Positions 22,837 through 32,000 are shown, counted from the stretch's first letter. The stretch: DNA of 32,000 bases from Candidatus Saccharimonadota bacterium (GCA_001029695.1 CP011211.1:180001-212000), one strand, 5' to 3'. Notes: a model not told the origin generated them from the sequence alone. Made by a program: numbers and translations.

Positions 22837-23660
22837 TATCGCTTTCGCCTTTTTTCGCTCGCAATTTCGTACGCAGCGTACCACGCCAGGCATACCGTCT
22901 TGGAGATTTCGGGGATGAGACTATTTTTTGTATCTCGTGCAAGCCGCCTCGTCCAACCATCTCGATAAAACTCTTCGTAGAACCGTAGGTCAGCTACCCG
23001 TCCAAGCGCCTCATCAAATAGTGGCAAAAAACCCTCATCTTTCACGCGTACAAGTTCATTTCCATCAGGCGTAGTACCTGGAAGGCGCTGACCTGCTATC
23101 GTTGTCGCAATACCCAGCTCAAATGCGAGGTGAGTCGTCATAACACCCTTTGCGCCCCAAAATTCCCAGTTATTCCGAAGGCGCTGACGGAGTGTCTTTC
23201 CGGGCAGTAAAAGCTTGTCCTTGGCTGATATGCGCGTTTCGATTCCTTCTCCATCTCGCAACTCTTCAAGTTTTTCTTCAAGCGGATAGTGATGAGCGGG
23301 CGTCAAGCCGTCTGTAATCGCATGAGCAAGCCATGCGGCTTCAAATGCCGCACGTTCTCGGTTGTCGTCAACGAGCGAGTCAACGAGATTATGAAGGTGA
23401 TCCTCCATCATGTCACGTAGTTCATGGTCACCTGGATTATGTGGATCTATGTAGTGCCACGGCTCGTCACGCGCGGGACTTTTTCGTTTTATGCCGTCGG
23501 GTCCATTAAGGCCTTCAAAGTGAAGAATTTGATACTCACTAGGAAATATTGACCGTTTCGGAATATGCTTTGCAAGGTCACGCCTCGCAATACGATCGAT
23601 CTTTTGATGGACGCCCATGAGACGTCCTGACTTTACGCGGAAAGTTGTACCAGAATACAT
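22836..23660 (-). CDS. Conserved-looking hypothetical protein (274 aa); possible zinc-dependent phospholipase C / S1-P1 nuclease-like metal-site pattern (weak)
   Basis: His/Asp-rich pattern: GVHQKIDRIA..., GPDG..., WHYID, AWLAHAITDGLTPAHH. The family assignment comes from memory of motif spacing only. Confidence 0.75.
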   Translation of the reverse strand: MYSGTTFRVKSGRLMGVHQKIDRIARRDLAKHIPKRSIFPSEYQILHFEGLNGPDGIKRKSPARDEPWHYIDPHNPGDHELRDMMEDHLHNLVDSLVDDNRERAAFEAAWLAHAITDGLTPAHHYPLEEKLEELRDGEGIETRISAKDKLLLPGKTLRQRLRNNWEFWGAKGVMTTHLAFELGIATTIAGQRLPGTTPDGNELVRVKDEGFLPLFDEALGRVADLRFYEEFYRDGWTRRLARDTKNSLIPEISKTVCLAWYAAYEIASEKRRKR

Positions 23661-23682
23661 TATCGATCTTTATATTTCGCTG

Positions 23683-25713
23683 TTAGTTGAGTGTCGTAAG
23701 ACGTTGATATTCTTTGACCTGAGTGGCCAGTTGTTTATATTGTAGCAAATCCTCGCCACTTTCGACGAATGACTTTGCCGCTTGCTGTGCACGAGCAATC
23801 ATTTTCGTATCAGCGAGCGTCGCAATCTGCAAATTAAGTGCACCATGCTGCGAACGTCCATATATCTCCCCAGGTCCACGAAGCTGAAGATCCACCTCTG
23901 CAAGATAAAAGCCATCATTGGATTTCTCAATCGCTTTTAAGCGCTGCGACGGCTTAGAACTATCACTCATAACGAGGTAGCAGTAGCTCTGATGAGATGA
24001 CCTACCGACACGACCGCGCAGCTGATGGAGCTGACTCAAACCAAATCGATCAGCATTTTCGATCATGATAATCGTCGCATTTGGCACATCTACACCAACT
24101 TCAACAACCGTTGTACTGACAAGTATATCTATACTCCCACTACTAAACTGCGCCATTACCGCTTCTTTTTCGTCACTTTTTAGTTTTCCATGAAGTAAGC
24201 CAATTCTCCTATGCTTAAACACCGAGTTTTGCAACTTTTTATATTCCTCTTGAACACTTTTAACGTCATTGTCCGGATTTTCGTCGATAAGACTACAGAT
24301 CACATACGCTTGTCGGCCCGTCTTTATTTCGATATCGATCTTTTCATAGAGCTGGGCTCGACTATTTGGCGACCATAGCCTTGTATCGATCGGCTTGCGA
24401 CCCTTTGGCAGCTCATTGATAATGGAAACGTCGAGCTCTCCATACACTGTCAATGCCAAGCTCCGTGGGATTGGCGTGGCTGTCATAGCGAGAAGATGAG
24501 GCAAATGCTCAGACTTAGCAAGAAGCTGCTGTCGTTGCTTCACCCCAAAGCGATGTTGCTCATCGATCGCCACGAAGCCTAACTTTTTAAACTGTACTTT
24601 TTCTTGGATGAGCGCGTGCGTCCCAACAACTACATCAACAGCGCCATTTGCAATCTGTTCATATAATGTTTTTCGGGCCTGCCCTTTGACGCCCCCCATT
24701 ATCAATCCCACTGAAACGCCGAATGGAGCAAGCAGAGAGCTGAGCGTCTCGGCGTGTTGTGATGCTAGGATTTCAGTAGGCGCCATAAGCGCCGTCTGAA
24801 AACCGTGATGAGCCGCTTGACGCGCAGCAAGTCCCGCAACAACTGTCTTGCCCGACCCTACATCCCCCTGTAAAAGACGATTCATAGGAACTTGTCGCTC
24901 GAAGTCCTGAATTATCTCCCAAGCTGCACGACGCTGCGCCCCCGTAAGCTCAAACGGTAATTTAGCAACAAAATCCGCAACAACGTCTTTATTGAACGGT
25001 ATATGCCAACCCTCTAGTTTAGCGTTGTCATGCTTATTTAATTGACTCGCGACGAGTAGCTGAAACAGCTCCTCAAATGCAATCCTCTCCTTCGCTCTCT
25101 GTATATCCTCAACAGTCTTTGGGAAATGAATACCAAGCAGCGCCTCGCTACGCGATAACAATCTCTCGCCTCGTACTATTGACTCCGGAAGCGTCTCGGG
25201 TGACATCGTCATAGGCGGACGTAGCTCGGACATGATCTTGCGCACTAACTGCGTCTTGAGTCCTTTTATCTGCCGATAAACCGGCAGCACCCGGTCAGTC
25301 TGCACGGGCATATCACTTACTTTTTCAACACTTGGGTTAGTCAGTTGGTATTTATTATAGTTAAATTCAAAATCACCAGAAAAAAAGAATTCCTCAGTTC
25401 CGGCGAGCTGCGTAGCGCGGTAGGGCTGATTAAACCACACTGCTTGTAGCTTACCGGAGTCGTCCACGAGCGTTGCCGTCGTGATTCGTAGTCCGCGCCG
25501 CACAGGGCGAGTGGCCACCTTCTCACAACGAGCACGAATTGTCTTTTTACCAGGCGATATGTCAGCAATCGCAACAGTATCCGAAAAGTCTTCGTGTCGT
25601 CTTGGCAAGAACTGAATTAAATCCCCAACTGTATGAAGTCCCGCATCTGCAAATTGTTCGGCCGACTTCGGACCGACACCTTTAATTTTACTTAGCGGAG
25701 TACTGAAGCTCAT
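23683..25713 (-). CDS. recG: ATP-dependent DNA helicase RecG
   Basis: An N-terminal wedge/HhH region is present, followed by helicase motifs GDVGSGKT, DEQHRFG, TATPIPR and QLRGRVGR. Confidence 0.95.
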   Translation of the reverse strand: MSFSTPLSKIKGVGPKSAEQFADAGLHTVGDLIQFLPRRHEDFSDTVAIADISPGKKTIRARCEKVATRPVRRGLRITTATLVDDSGKLQAVWFNQPYRATQLAGTEEFFFSGDFEFNYNKYQLTNPSVEKVSDMPVQTDRVLPVYRQIKGLKTQLVRKIMSELRPPMTMSPETLPESIVRGERLLSRSEALLGIHFPKTVEDIQRAKERIAFEELFQLLVASQLNKHDNAKLEGWHIPFNKDVVADFVAKLPFELTGAQRRAAWEIIQDFERQVPMNRLLQGDVGSGKTVVAGLAARQAAHHGFQTALMAPTEILASQHAETLSSLLAPFGVSVGLIMGGVKGQARKTLYEQIANGAVDVVVGTHALIQEKVQFKKLGFVAIDEQHRFGVKQRQQLLAKSEHLPHLLAMTATPIPRSLALTVYGELDVSIINELPKGRKPIDTRLWSPNSRAQLYEKIDIEIKTGRQAYVICSLIDENPDNDVKSVQEEYKKLQNSVFKHRRIGLLHGKLKSDEKEAVMAQFSSGSIDILVSTTVVEVGVDVPNATIIMIENADRFGLSQLHQLRGRVGRSSHQSYCYLVMSDSSKPSQRLKAIEKSNDGFYLAEVDLQLRGPGEIYGRSQHGALNLQIATLADTKMIARAQQAAKSFVESGEDLLQYKQLATQVKEYQRLTTLN

Positions 25714-25727
25714 TATAGACTCGCTAC

Positions 25728-27512
25728 TTACGCAGCAAAAAGTACGCCTTCTAGCTCACGTGACAACCCTTCAATCTCACGCTTTGTGATCGTCGATAGA
25801 GCATCTATTGCCGCTGGCTCACTAACGTCAATTTCTTCGAACCATTGCACGTAAAACTTAATCTTAGCTTCCGTGCCGGAAGGACGAACAGTGATCCGTC
25901 GACGATGATCTCCAAATTCAAGCACAACAACATTACCCGCTAAACAATCGATTGCAGACGTAGCTCCTGTAGTAAGTTCTGTTTTCTCAAGCGAAGCATA
26001 ATCAAGAATTGCCGTCACCGCATGTCCGCCAACTTCGCGCGGAGCATCCGTTCGTAGTTTTTGCATGACTTGCTGCATACGAGCGAACCCATCTGCTCCT
26101 GGACTTACTACGTTATCAAGACGCTCAAGATACAGACCGTGAATGCCATATAGCTCGACGAGCCGATCATAGAGCGTCCGCCCTTCAGCCTTAAGCTCGG
26201 CAGCGTATTCAGCGAGAAGCAGCGCACCAGCTGCACCGTCTTTGTCTCGAGCGTATGTACCTTTTAGTAATCCATAGCTTTCTTCACCGCCCACGACAAA
26301 CGTTTCATCGGTGTTTTCCTTATTGAGGAGGAGCTCGCCTATATACTTAAACCCAACAAGCATATTGTCGTAGATCGTGATTCCATAATGCTGCGCAAGT
26401 GCATTGAGCATATCAGTCGTCACGATTGTCTTAGCAATATAATGCTTTGCGGTGAGTTCACCTCGTGCCTGTAGTTGCTTCAACGCATAGTCAGCAGCTA
26501 GCACAGCAGATTGATTGCCGTTAAGATAGACCGGATCATCGCCAACCCGCACAACAACACCAATCCTGTCAGCATCGGGATCATTTGTGATAGCAATGTC
26601 CGCACGTTCAGCAAGAAGCTGCGCTACGGCACGATTATTTGCCGCCTTTTCTTCCGGATTTGGCTTGCCATTTTCAACAGTTGGAAAGTTTCCATCTGGC
26701 GTCATCTGGTCTTCTACGAGAGAAATATTCGTAAAGCCGGCCTTCTTTAATACTGGCAAGACATTCGTCTGCCCAGCCCCATGAAGTGGTGAGTAGACAA
26801 TAGCTACGTCGCGATGCGTGCCGACAGCTTCCGACGCTACCGCATCGACGTATGCGTTATCGACAGCTTCGCCGATAACCGTTATGAATCCTGTCGACAC
26901 CGCTTGCTCATAATCTGTGTAAAGAATTTCTGAAATCTCTGTAGCTTGCTTGAGCACTCCCTTATCATGCGGAGCGACCAATTGTGCGCCATCATTCCAG
27001 TAGGCCTTGAATCCATTGTCAGCGGGCGGGTTATGGCTCGCACTAATGACAATACCTATCGCGGCACCAAGGTGTCGTACTGCGAAACTCAATTCTGGCG
27101 TCGCTCGGAAATTATCAAAAATATAGACTTTAAATCCATTTGCCACGCAGACCCCTGCGACGTATTGACTCAACTCGGGAGAGCTCAATCGAGTGTCGCA
27201 AGCTATAACCACGCCTTTCTGTGCCGCCATAGAGTCTTGCTCAGCTGCATAGAGGCAAAAAGCTTGAGCAGATTCACCCATTGTGACGCGGTTAATGCGG
27301 TTCGAACCAACACCCGTGGTCCCTCTTCGCCCACCAGTACCAAATTCAACAACCTTGAAGAAAGAATCCTCGAGAGTTCGCCAGTCCTCCTCATTAATGA
27401 GCGCTTCGATCTCGCTTTTGTATTGAGCATACTTTGGCTGTGACAGCCATTCAGTAATATTTTTTAGTGCATCACTCGATACGTGCTTCGCAAGCGTCGT
27501 CAAATCGGCCAT
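25728..27512 (-). CDS. Alpha-D-phosphohexomutase (phosphoglucomutase/phosphomannomutase family)
   Basis: The active-site loop SASHNPPADNGFK, the metal loop DPDADR and the sugar loop GGEESYG are present. GGGAGAG Shine-Dalgarno. Confidence 0.92.
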   Translation of the reverse strand: MADLTTLAKHVSSDALKNITEWLSQPKYAQYKSEIEALINEEDWRTLEDSFFKVVEFGTGGRRGTTGVGSNRINRVTMGESAQAFCLYAAEQDSMAAQKGVVIACDTRLSSPELSQYVAGVCVANGFKVYIFDNFRATPELSFAVRHLGAAIGIVISASHNPPADNGFKAYWNDGAQLVAPHDKGVLKQATEISEILYTDYEQAVSTGFITVIGEAVDNAYVDAVASEAVGTHRDVAIVYSPLHGAGQTNVLPVLKKAGFTNISLVEDQMTPDGNFPTVENGKPNPEEKAANNRAVAQLLAERADIAITNDPDADRIGVVVRVGDDPVYLNGNQSAVLAADYALKQLQARGELTAKHYIAKTIVTTDMLNALAQHYGITIYDNMLVGFKYIGELLLNKENTDETFVVGGEESYGLLKGTYARDKDGAAGALLLAEYAAELKAEGRTLYDRLVELYGIHGLYLERLDNVVSPGADGFARMQQVMQKLRTDAPREVGGHAVTAILDYASLEKTELTTGATSAIDCLAGNVVVLEFGDHRRRITVRPSGTEAKIKFYVQWFEEIDVSEPAAIDALSTITKREIEGLSRELEGVLFAA

Positions 27513-27526
27513 TCTACTCTCCCTAT

Positions 27527-28690
27527 CTAATTACGTAAAGTTCTTTTGCTATTATACCATTTTTTATAGAGCTTAGTGTAAGCAACAACGGCAATTAGTG
27601 TACTAAGCGGCACCGCCAAGATCAATCCAATGCTTGAAACAAGCGTCCTCACTACCTCCTGCGATACAAACTCACTATTAAGCAGTAGCAAGGGAGATTG
27701 CTGAGCGTAGCCACTAAAGCTTGTATACGCCAAGATCAATGAGAGTGACACGCCTACGTATGCCAACGCTAGCGTGTTGACCACCGCCGCGATATGATCA
27801 CGTCCGACTGCAAGCGCTCGACCGTATAGCTTACGTCGTGAATAGCTAGGATTTGCGCGAGCAAGTTCCTTGACGATCGAAACCTGCGTCATGACAATAT
27901 CATCAAGCACACCGAGAGTGGCGATAATAATTCCACCTACAAGCACCCCACGAAAGTCAACTGCTGGGTGCTGATATGCCATCAAAGCAGTTGTCTCGTC
28001 ATATACTCCAGTCAACTTCGCCATCCATGCGCCGATCACCGCCAAAAACACAACAAGAGTGAGCGAACAAAGAGTAGCAATGATCGCAATAAGAGAGTGT
28101 CTATTTAACCCGTGCGCGACCCCTACAGACACCAGGCCAATCACATACGCACCAATGACGGAGACCCAGAAAGCGTCATAGCCGGCGGCAATGTTCGGCA
28201 AAATAAACAACGCGACAACGAGCAAACTGACAGCCAGGCCTCCAATTCCAAAAAGCCCCTGCCGACGTCCGACTACCCACACCACTACAAGGAAGAGAAG
28301 CAAAAGCAGGGCAACGCCAGGCAAACGCCACAATCCTTGCATCGTAAAACCGTCATTATCATCCGTCAATACGACAACATCACCCGTACGAATCGACTGA
28401 GCGGTCTGGAGGTGAATTTTTGCAGTAACCTGCCGCCCAAGATTCGGCCCCTCAAGTAACTCAAATAGAGCAGTATCTTTTTGCAAAACAACGAGTGTAG
28501 CGCGGACGAAGCTATTCTTAGCGGAGGAAGTTTCATCAGCCTCGGAATACATTACTGTCTTTGTCGATTGTGGCGCATACGGGGTAAGCTGTAGTGCAAG
28601 CCAAGCGCCAATACTCACAAACAATATAACTGCCGCCGATTCGATAAGTGAGCGTCGTGATACTTGTCGTAAGTTAAGCGACACCCCCAT
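27527..28690 (-). CDS. YibE/F-like integral membrane protein
   Basis: One N-terminal TM segment, an extracytoplasmic domain of about 100 aa, then about 7 TM segments. This topology and length are typical of YibE/F. The assignment is not motif-verified. Confidence 0.6.
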   Translation of the reverse strand: MGVSLNLRQVSRRSLIESAAVILFVSIGAWLALQLTPYAPQSTKTVMYSEADETSSAKNSFVRATLVVLQKDTALFELLEGPNLGRQVTAKIHLQTAQSIRTGDVVVLTDDNDGFTMQGLWRLPGVALLLLLFLVVVWVVGRRQGLFGIGGLAVSLLVVALFILPNIAAGYDAFWVSVIGAYVIGLVSVGVAHGLNRHSLIAIIATLCSLTLVVFLAVIGAWMAKLTGVYDETTALMAYQHPAVDFRGVLVGGIIIATLGVLDDIVMTQVSIVKELARANPSYSRRKLYGRALAVGRDHIAAVVNTLALAYVGVSLSLILAYTSFSGYAQQSPLLLLNSEFVSQEVVRTLVSSIGLILAVPLSTLIAVVAYTKLYKKWYNSKRTLRN

Positions 28691-28693
28691 AAA

Positions 28694-29908
28694 CTATTTC
28701 GCTACAATAAAGCTATTCTTACCTTTTTTAATCAATGACGGAGCGTTGATCTGCTGATCTTCAGCAATCTTAAGACCATTCACCGAGATTGCCCCGTTTC
28801 CAATCAATCGACGCGCCTCACCCTTGCTTGATGCGACTTTCTTATCAACAAGCGCATCAATCACCCATACTCCAACCTCCACTGAAGGTATTTCCTGGGC
28901 GAGCACCGTAAGATCATCACTCGTAAGACTCGAGAAATCAGCCTTTCCAAACAATACTTCTGTTACACGAATAACCTCATTTGCGCGTGCCTCACCATGG
29001 ACCAGAGTAGTTACCTCTCTTGCGAGCGTACGTTGAGCTAAACGTTGCCCGAGGTCAATAGCATGCGCTCGCTCAAGCTCTTCAAGCGCTTCTTTATCCA
29101 GTAGCGTATACAGCTTAGCGTAATCAATGACGCCAGCATCGTCGACATTTAGCCAAAATTGGTAAAATTGATACACACTCGTCTTTTTAGGATCGAGCCA
29201 CACTGCACCACCTTCTGACTTACCGAACTTCACTCCCGTCGTCTTATTGATAACAAGTGGCGTACTGTACACGTGCGCCTCACCACCTTCGATTCTTCGG
29301 ATCATGTCGACTCCAGCGATTGAATTTCCCCACTGATCAGCGCCACAGAGTTGCAATGTCACGCCATACTCTTTATATAAGTGCACGAAGTCATATCCCT
29401 GAATCAAAGAATAGCTAAACTCTGCATAGCTTATGCCGCTGCCGCCTTCGCCTAGACGAGCTTGAACAAAATCACGACCAAGCATCTGGCTCAGTGGCAC
29501 GTGCTTACCGACAGTACGCAGAAAATCAAGATAATTAATATCCTTAAACCAGTCATAGTTATCGACAAGCGTAAAATCTTTCCCGTTAAACACGCGCTGG
29601 TACTGAGCTGCGATGGCGTTTTTATTTTTAGTTATTTCGTCGAGTGTTTTCAAATTACGTTCATCTTTTTTACCGTCTGGATCGCCAATCATACCTGTAG
29701 CACCGCCGACAAGCAAGTAAGCCTTGTGGCCGTGATCAATAAAATGTCGTACCATCATCGCCGCAGCCAAGTTACCAATCTGCATACTATCTGCACTCGG
29801 ATCAACGCCAAAATAAAAAGAAACAGCATCACCGTCTATTGCTGATAGGTCATCGTAGGTAGTCTGGTTTACAAAACCTCGCCACTTCAGTTCTTCGGAA
29901 AGAGTCAT
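28694..29908 (-). CDS. tyrS: Tyrosine--tRNA ligase (with an atypical HIGH motif)
   Basis: GVDPSADS-MQIGN-L, GGATGMIGDP, DQWGN, KFGKS (KMSKS equivalent) and a C-terminal S4-like domain are present. AAGGAG Shine-Dalgarno. Confidence 0.95.
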   Translation of the reverse strand: MTLSEELKWRGFVNQTTYDDLSAIDGDAVSFYFGVDPSADSMQIGNLAAAMMVRHFIDHGHKAYLLVGGATGMIGDPDGKKDERNLKTLDEITKNKNAIAAQYQRVFNGKDFTLVDNYDWFKDINYLDFLRTVGKHVPLSQMLGRDFVQARLGEGGSGISYAEFSYSLIQGYDFVHLYKEYGVTLQLCGADQWGNSIAGVDMIRRIEGGEAHVYSTPLVINKTTGVKFGKSEGGAVWLDPKKTSVYQFYQFWLNVDDAGVIDYAKLYTLLDKEALEELERAHAIDLGQRLAQRTLAREVTTLVHGEARANEVIRVTEVLFGKADFSSLTSDDLTVLAQEIPSVEVGVWVIDALVDKKVASSKGEARRLIGNGAISVNGLKIAEDQQINAPSLIKKGKNSFIVAK

Positions 29909-30018
29909 CTGTTCTCCTTGGTCGTTTAAAATAGTTTCTAGTAGCTACTATAGAGGAGTTATCCGCATTTCGCTAGTCAGCTAGTCTCACTTAAATGCTA
30001 CTTGCCACGTTAAAAAAG

Positions 30019-30027
30019 TGCTATAAT
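30019..30027 (+). promoter_or_regulatory. Extended -10 promoter (TGcTATAAT) for the PBP gene
   Basis: TGCTATAAT lies at 30019..30027. TTGCCA at 30002..30007 is only 14 nt away, so this is probably an extended -10 type promoter. Confidence 0.45.
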
Positions 30028-30060
30028 GAGAAGCAATACTGCTTATGGGAAAAATATAAC

Positions 30061-32000
30061 GTGGCCAAAAAACCTTCATCTCCGCGTAAAATGAACGTGT
30101 ACGCAAATCTTGCGCATAAACGCAAAACCAAGAAAGATGCTGTAGCTCGGAAAAAAGCCGAGTATCTTGCAACACTTCCAAAACATCCAGTTAAACGTTT
30201 CTTCGCTCGCCTTCATCCAAAGCGCGTCGCAGGCTACTGGTTTAGTAAAAAAGGTGGCATGATGGCCCTGAAGATTGCTGGTGTCAGCATACTCGTTGTC
30301 GTCTTGTTCGTCGGTGGCCTCTTCGCTTACTACCGAAAAGATCTCGACCAAATCCGCCCAGGAGAACTTGCTAAGCGCGTTCAGACTACCGTCACTCGCT
30401 ACTATGATCGGAACGACCAACTCTTATGGGAAGACAAGGGTGATAGCAACTATAAGCTCGTCGTTGATAGTAAAGAAATCAACAAGTACATGAAGGATGC
30501 AACAATTGCCATCGAAGACCGTGACTTCTATAAGCACCACGGTGTTAGCCCTACAGGCCTTGCTCGTGCATTCGTAAATAACGCCCAAGGTGGTAGCACT
30601 CAGGGTGGCTCTACGCTCACTCAACAGCTCGTCAAGCAAGTGTTCTTTGCAGACGAAGCTCAAAAACGTGGCCTCAATGGTATTCCTCGCAAGATTAAAG
30701 AACTCATCCTTGCCGTCGAAGTTGAGCGTATGTACGACAAAGACCAGATTCTCACCCTATACTTAAATGAATCACCATATGGTGGTCGTCGAAATGGCGT
30801 TCAATCTGCAGCACAAACATACTTTGGTAAAGATGCAAAAGATCTCACTCTCTCTGAAGCGGCGCTCATGGCAGCGATACCGCAGAACCCTGCAGTCTAT
30901 AACCCATATAATGTCGCCGGTCGTGAAGGACTGATCGTCAGGCAGCATCGTGTCCTCGACAATATGGTAGAGCTCGGCAACATCACACAGGCGCAAGCTG
31001 ACGAAGCGAAAAAGGACCCGGTCCTAGAAGATGGCAGCAGACTCAAGCTGGAGGTAAATCAATACGATGGCATCAAAGCACCACACTTCGTTCAGATGGT
31101 TCGTAAACAACTAGAGACAGAGCTCGGTAAAGCGACTGTTGGGCGTGGCGGACTCACAGTCAAAACAACTCTCGACTTAGGGGTCCAAACGAAGCTTGAA
31201 GAAGCTATGACAGAAATGTTTAATGGCCCCGTACCAAATAATGCAGGCTTCACCAATGGAGCAGGAACAGTCGAAGACAATCAAACAGGTCAGATAATTG
31301 CCATGCTCGGAAGCAAAGACTGGAATGCCGAAGGGTTCGGACAAGACAACTCAGCTACTGCCTTCATCCAGCCAGGTTCAAGTATTAAGCCCCTTGTATT
31401 CGCTGAACTATTCAAGCCAAAAGCGGACAATAAAAACTATGGTAGTGGAACAATTCTCTCAGATGACAATTCTGCAGACGTAAGAAAAGCGTATGGTGTT
31501 CAACTCAATAACGCAGATAAAAAATACAAAGGTGCTATATCAATCCGCCAAGGTCTCGCTCAGTCTAGAAACGTACCGGCGGTAAAAGCGATGATGGCAT
31601 CGGGTATTCCCGAGACGCTTCAGACAATTCGCGATATGGGCGATAGCGAATACTGTACACAAGGAAACGAAGTGCAGACAGGACTCTCTTCAGCGATTGG
31701 TGGCTGTGGAACACGCCAAGTTGATCATGTGAACGCATTTGCCACACTTGCTCGTATGGGTACGTACAAACCTCACACAAGCATCATAGAGGTTAAGAAT
31801 AGCCAAGGTGACACCGTAAAGAAATGGAAAGACGAGAGTAAGCAAGTACTTGACCCACAGATCGCGTACATCCTTAGTGACATCCTCACCGATGAAAATG
31901 CACGTCGACCACTATTTGGCTCAATCACCCAAGGTCTCAGCTATGGCAATACAGGTATAAAAACCGCAACAAAAACCGGTACGTCCGACCTGAATGGTCA
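30061..32000 (+). CDS. Class A penicillin-binding protein (glycosyltransferase GT51 + transpeptidase), 3' end beyond the window
   Basis: Not in the ORF track because it is truncated. Frame 1 is open from 29995 to 32000. GT51 motifs EDRDFYKHHG, GGSTLTQQLVK and RKIKELILAVEVE are present. Transpeptidase motifs SSIKP (SxxK), SRN and KTGT are present. A Lys-rich cytoplasmic tail precedes one TM segment. The start is GTG 30061 or ATG 30091. Confidence 0.9.
   Translation, partial: MAKKPSSPRKMNVYANLAHKRKTKKDAVARKKAEYLATLPKHPVKRFFARLHPKRVAGYWFSKKGGMMALKIAGVSILVVVLFVGGLFAYYRKDLDQIRPGELAKRVQTTVTRYYDRNDQLLWEDKGDSNYKLVVDSKEINKYMKDATIAIEDRDFYKHHGVSPTGLARAFVNNAQGGSTQGGSTLTQQLVKQVFFADEAQKRGLNGIPRKIKELILAVEVERMYDKDQILTLYLNESPYGGRRNGVQSAAQTYFGKDAKDLTLSEAALMAAIPQNPAVYNPYNVAGREGLIVRQHRVLDNMVELGNITQAQADEAKKDPVLEDGSRLKLEVNQYDGIKAPHFVQMVRKQLETELGKATVGRGGLTVKTTLDLGVQTKLEEAMTEMFNGPVPNNAGFTNGAGTVEDNQTGQIIAMLGSKDWNAEGFGQDNSATAFIQPGSSIKPLVFAELFKPKADNKNYGSGTILSDDNSADVRKAYGVQLNNADKKYKGAISIRQGLAQSRNVPAVKAMMASGIPETLQTIRDMGDSEYCTQGNEVQTGLSSAIGGCGTRQVDHVNAFATLARMGTYKPHTSIIEVKNSQGDTVKKWKDESKQVLDPQIAYILSDILTDENARRPLFGSITQGLSYGNTGIKTATKTGTSDLNG

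Noticed and set aside
26511-28459. Plus-strand ORFs antisense to the phosphohexomutase and YibE/F genes (for example 26946..27443, 28112..28459)
   Set aside because: They are shadow ORFs opposite motif-verified or topology-coherent minus-strand genes.
29987-31780. Minus-strand ORFs (29987..30181, 30076..30420, 30424..30663, 30772..30996, 31092..31280, 31565..31780) and the plus-strand ORFs 30275..30493 and 31298..31483
   Set aside because: The whole region is one open plus-strand frame encoding a class A PBP with GT51 and SxxK/SxN/KTG motifs. The listed ORFs are antisense or out-of-frame artefacts.
1-32000. CRISPR arrays, rRNA genes, transposases or IS ends, integrons, DGR (reverse transcriptase with TR/VR) and alternative genetic code
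   Set aside because: No spaced direct-repeat arrays, rRNA-like sequence, terminal inverted repeats with a transposase, or RT motifs were seen. Long housekeeping ORFs read through cleanly with the standard code and use TGA as a stop.

Overview
Gene-dense (about 90% coding), mostly minus-strand chromosomal segment with roughly mid-40s % GC (judged by eye). It looks like a small-genome bacterium with a Gram-positive-type envelope. The combination of an LPXTG protein, a type IV pilin, a class A PBP and compact operons suggests a Saccharibacteria/Patescibacteria-like organism, but that is inference only; no database search was possible. Minus-strand genes, from the right of the window to the left: tyrS, YibE/F-like membrane protein, phosphohexomutase, recG, unknown 274-aa protein, rsmD, small RHH protein, FAD-linked oxidase, TrmH/SpoU methyltransferase, LPXTG/PKD surface protein, hisS, tig, 97-aa membrane protein, clpP, two polytopic membrane proteins, rpoB, rpoC, a two-gene cassette of unknown function, and the 5' part of rpsL. 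Plus-strand genes: 94-aa membrane protein, 295-aa membrane protein, type IV pilin-like protein, tRNA-Leu(CAG), EEP-family nuclease/phosphatase, GNAT-like protein, tRNA-Leu(UAG), and a class A PBP running off the right edge. rpsL and the PBP are truncated by the window edges and absent from the ORF track; I translated them by hand. No CRISPR array, rRNA, transposase, integrase or reverse transcriptase was seen. Best candidates for something new: (1) a self-contained, toxin-antitoxin-like two-gene cassette with its own promoter and terminators between rpoC and rpsL, with no family I can recognise; (2) an RNA polymerase beta-prime in which all eight canonical zinc-ligand cysteines are replaced; (3) a perfect CIRCE/HrcA operator overlapping the clpP promoter; (4) a TyrRS with both HIGH histidines substituted; (5) both tRNA-Leu genes with their encoded ACCA ends buried in perfect 17-18 bp terminator stems; (6) an orphan RHH module with tandem repeats next to a tRNA. 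All functional calls rest on motifs read by eye and need HMM or structure searches.
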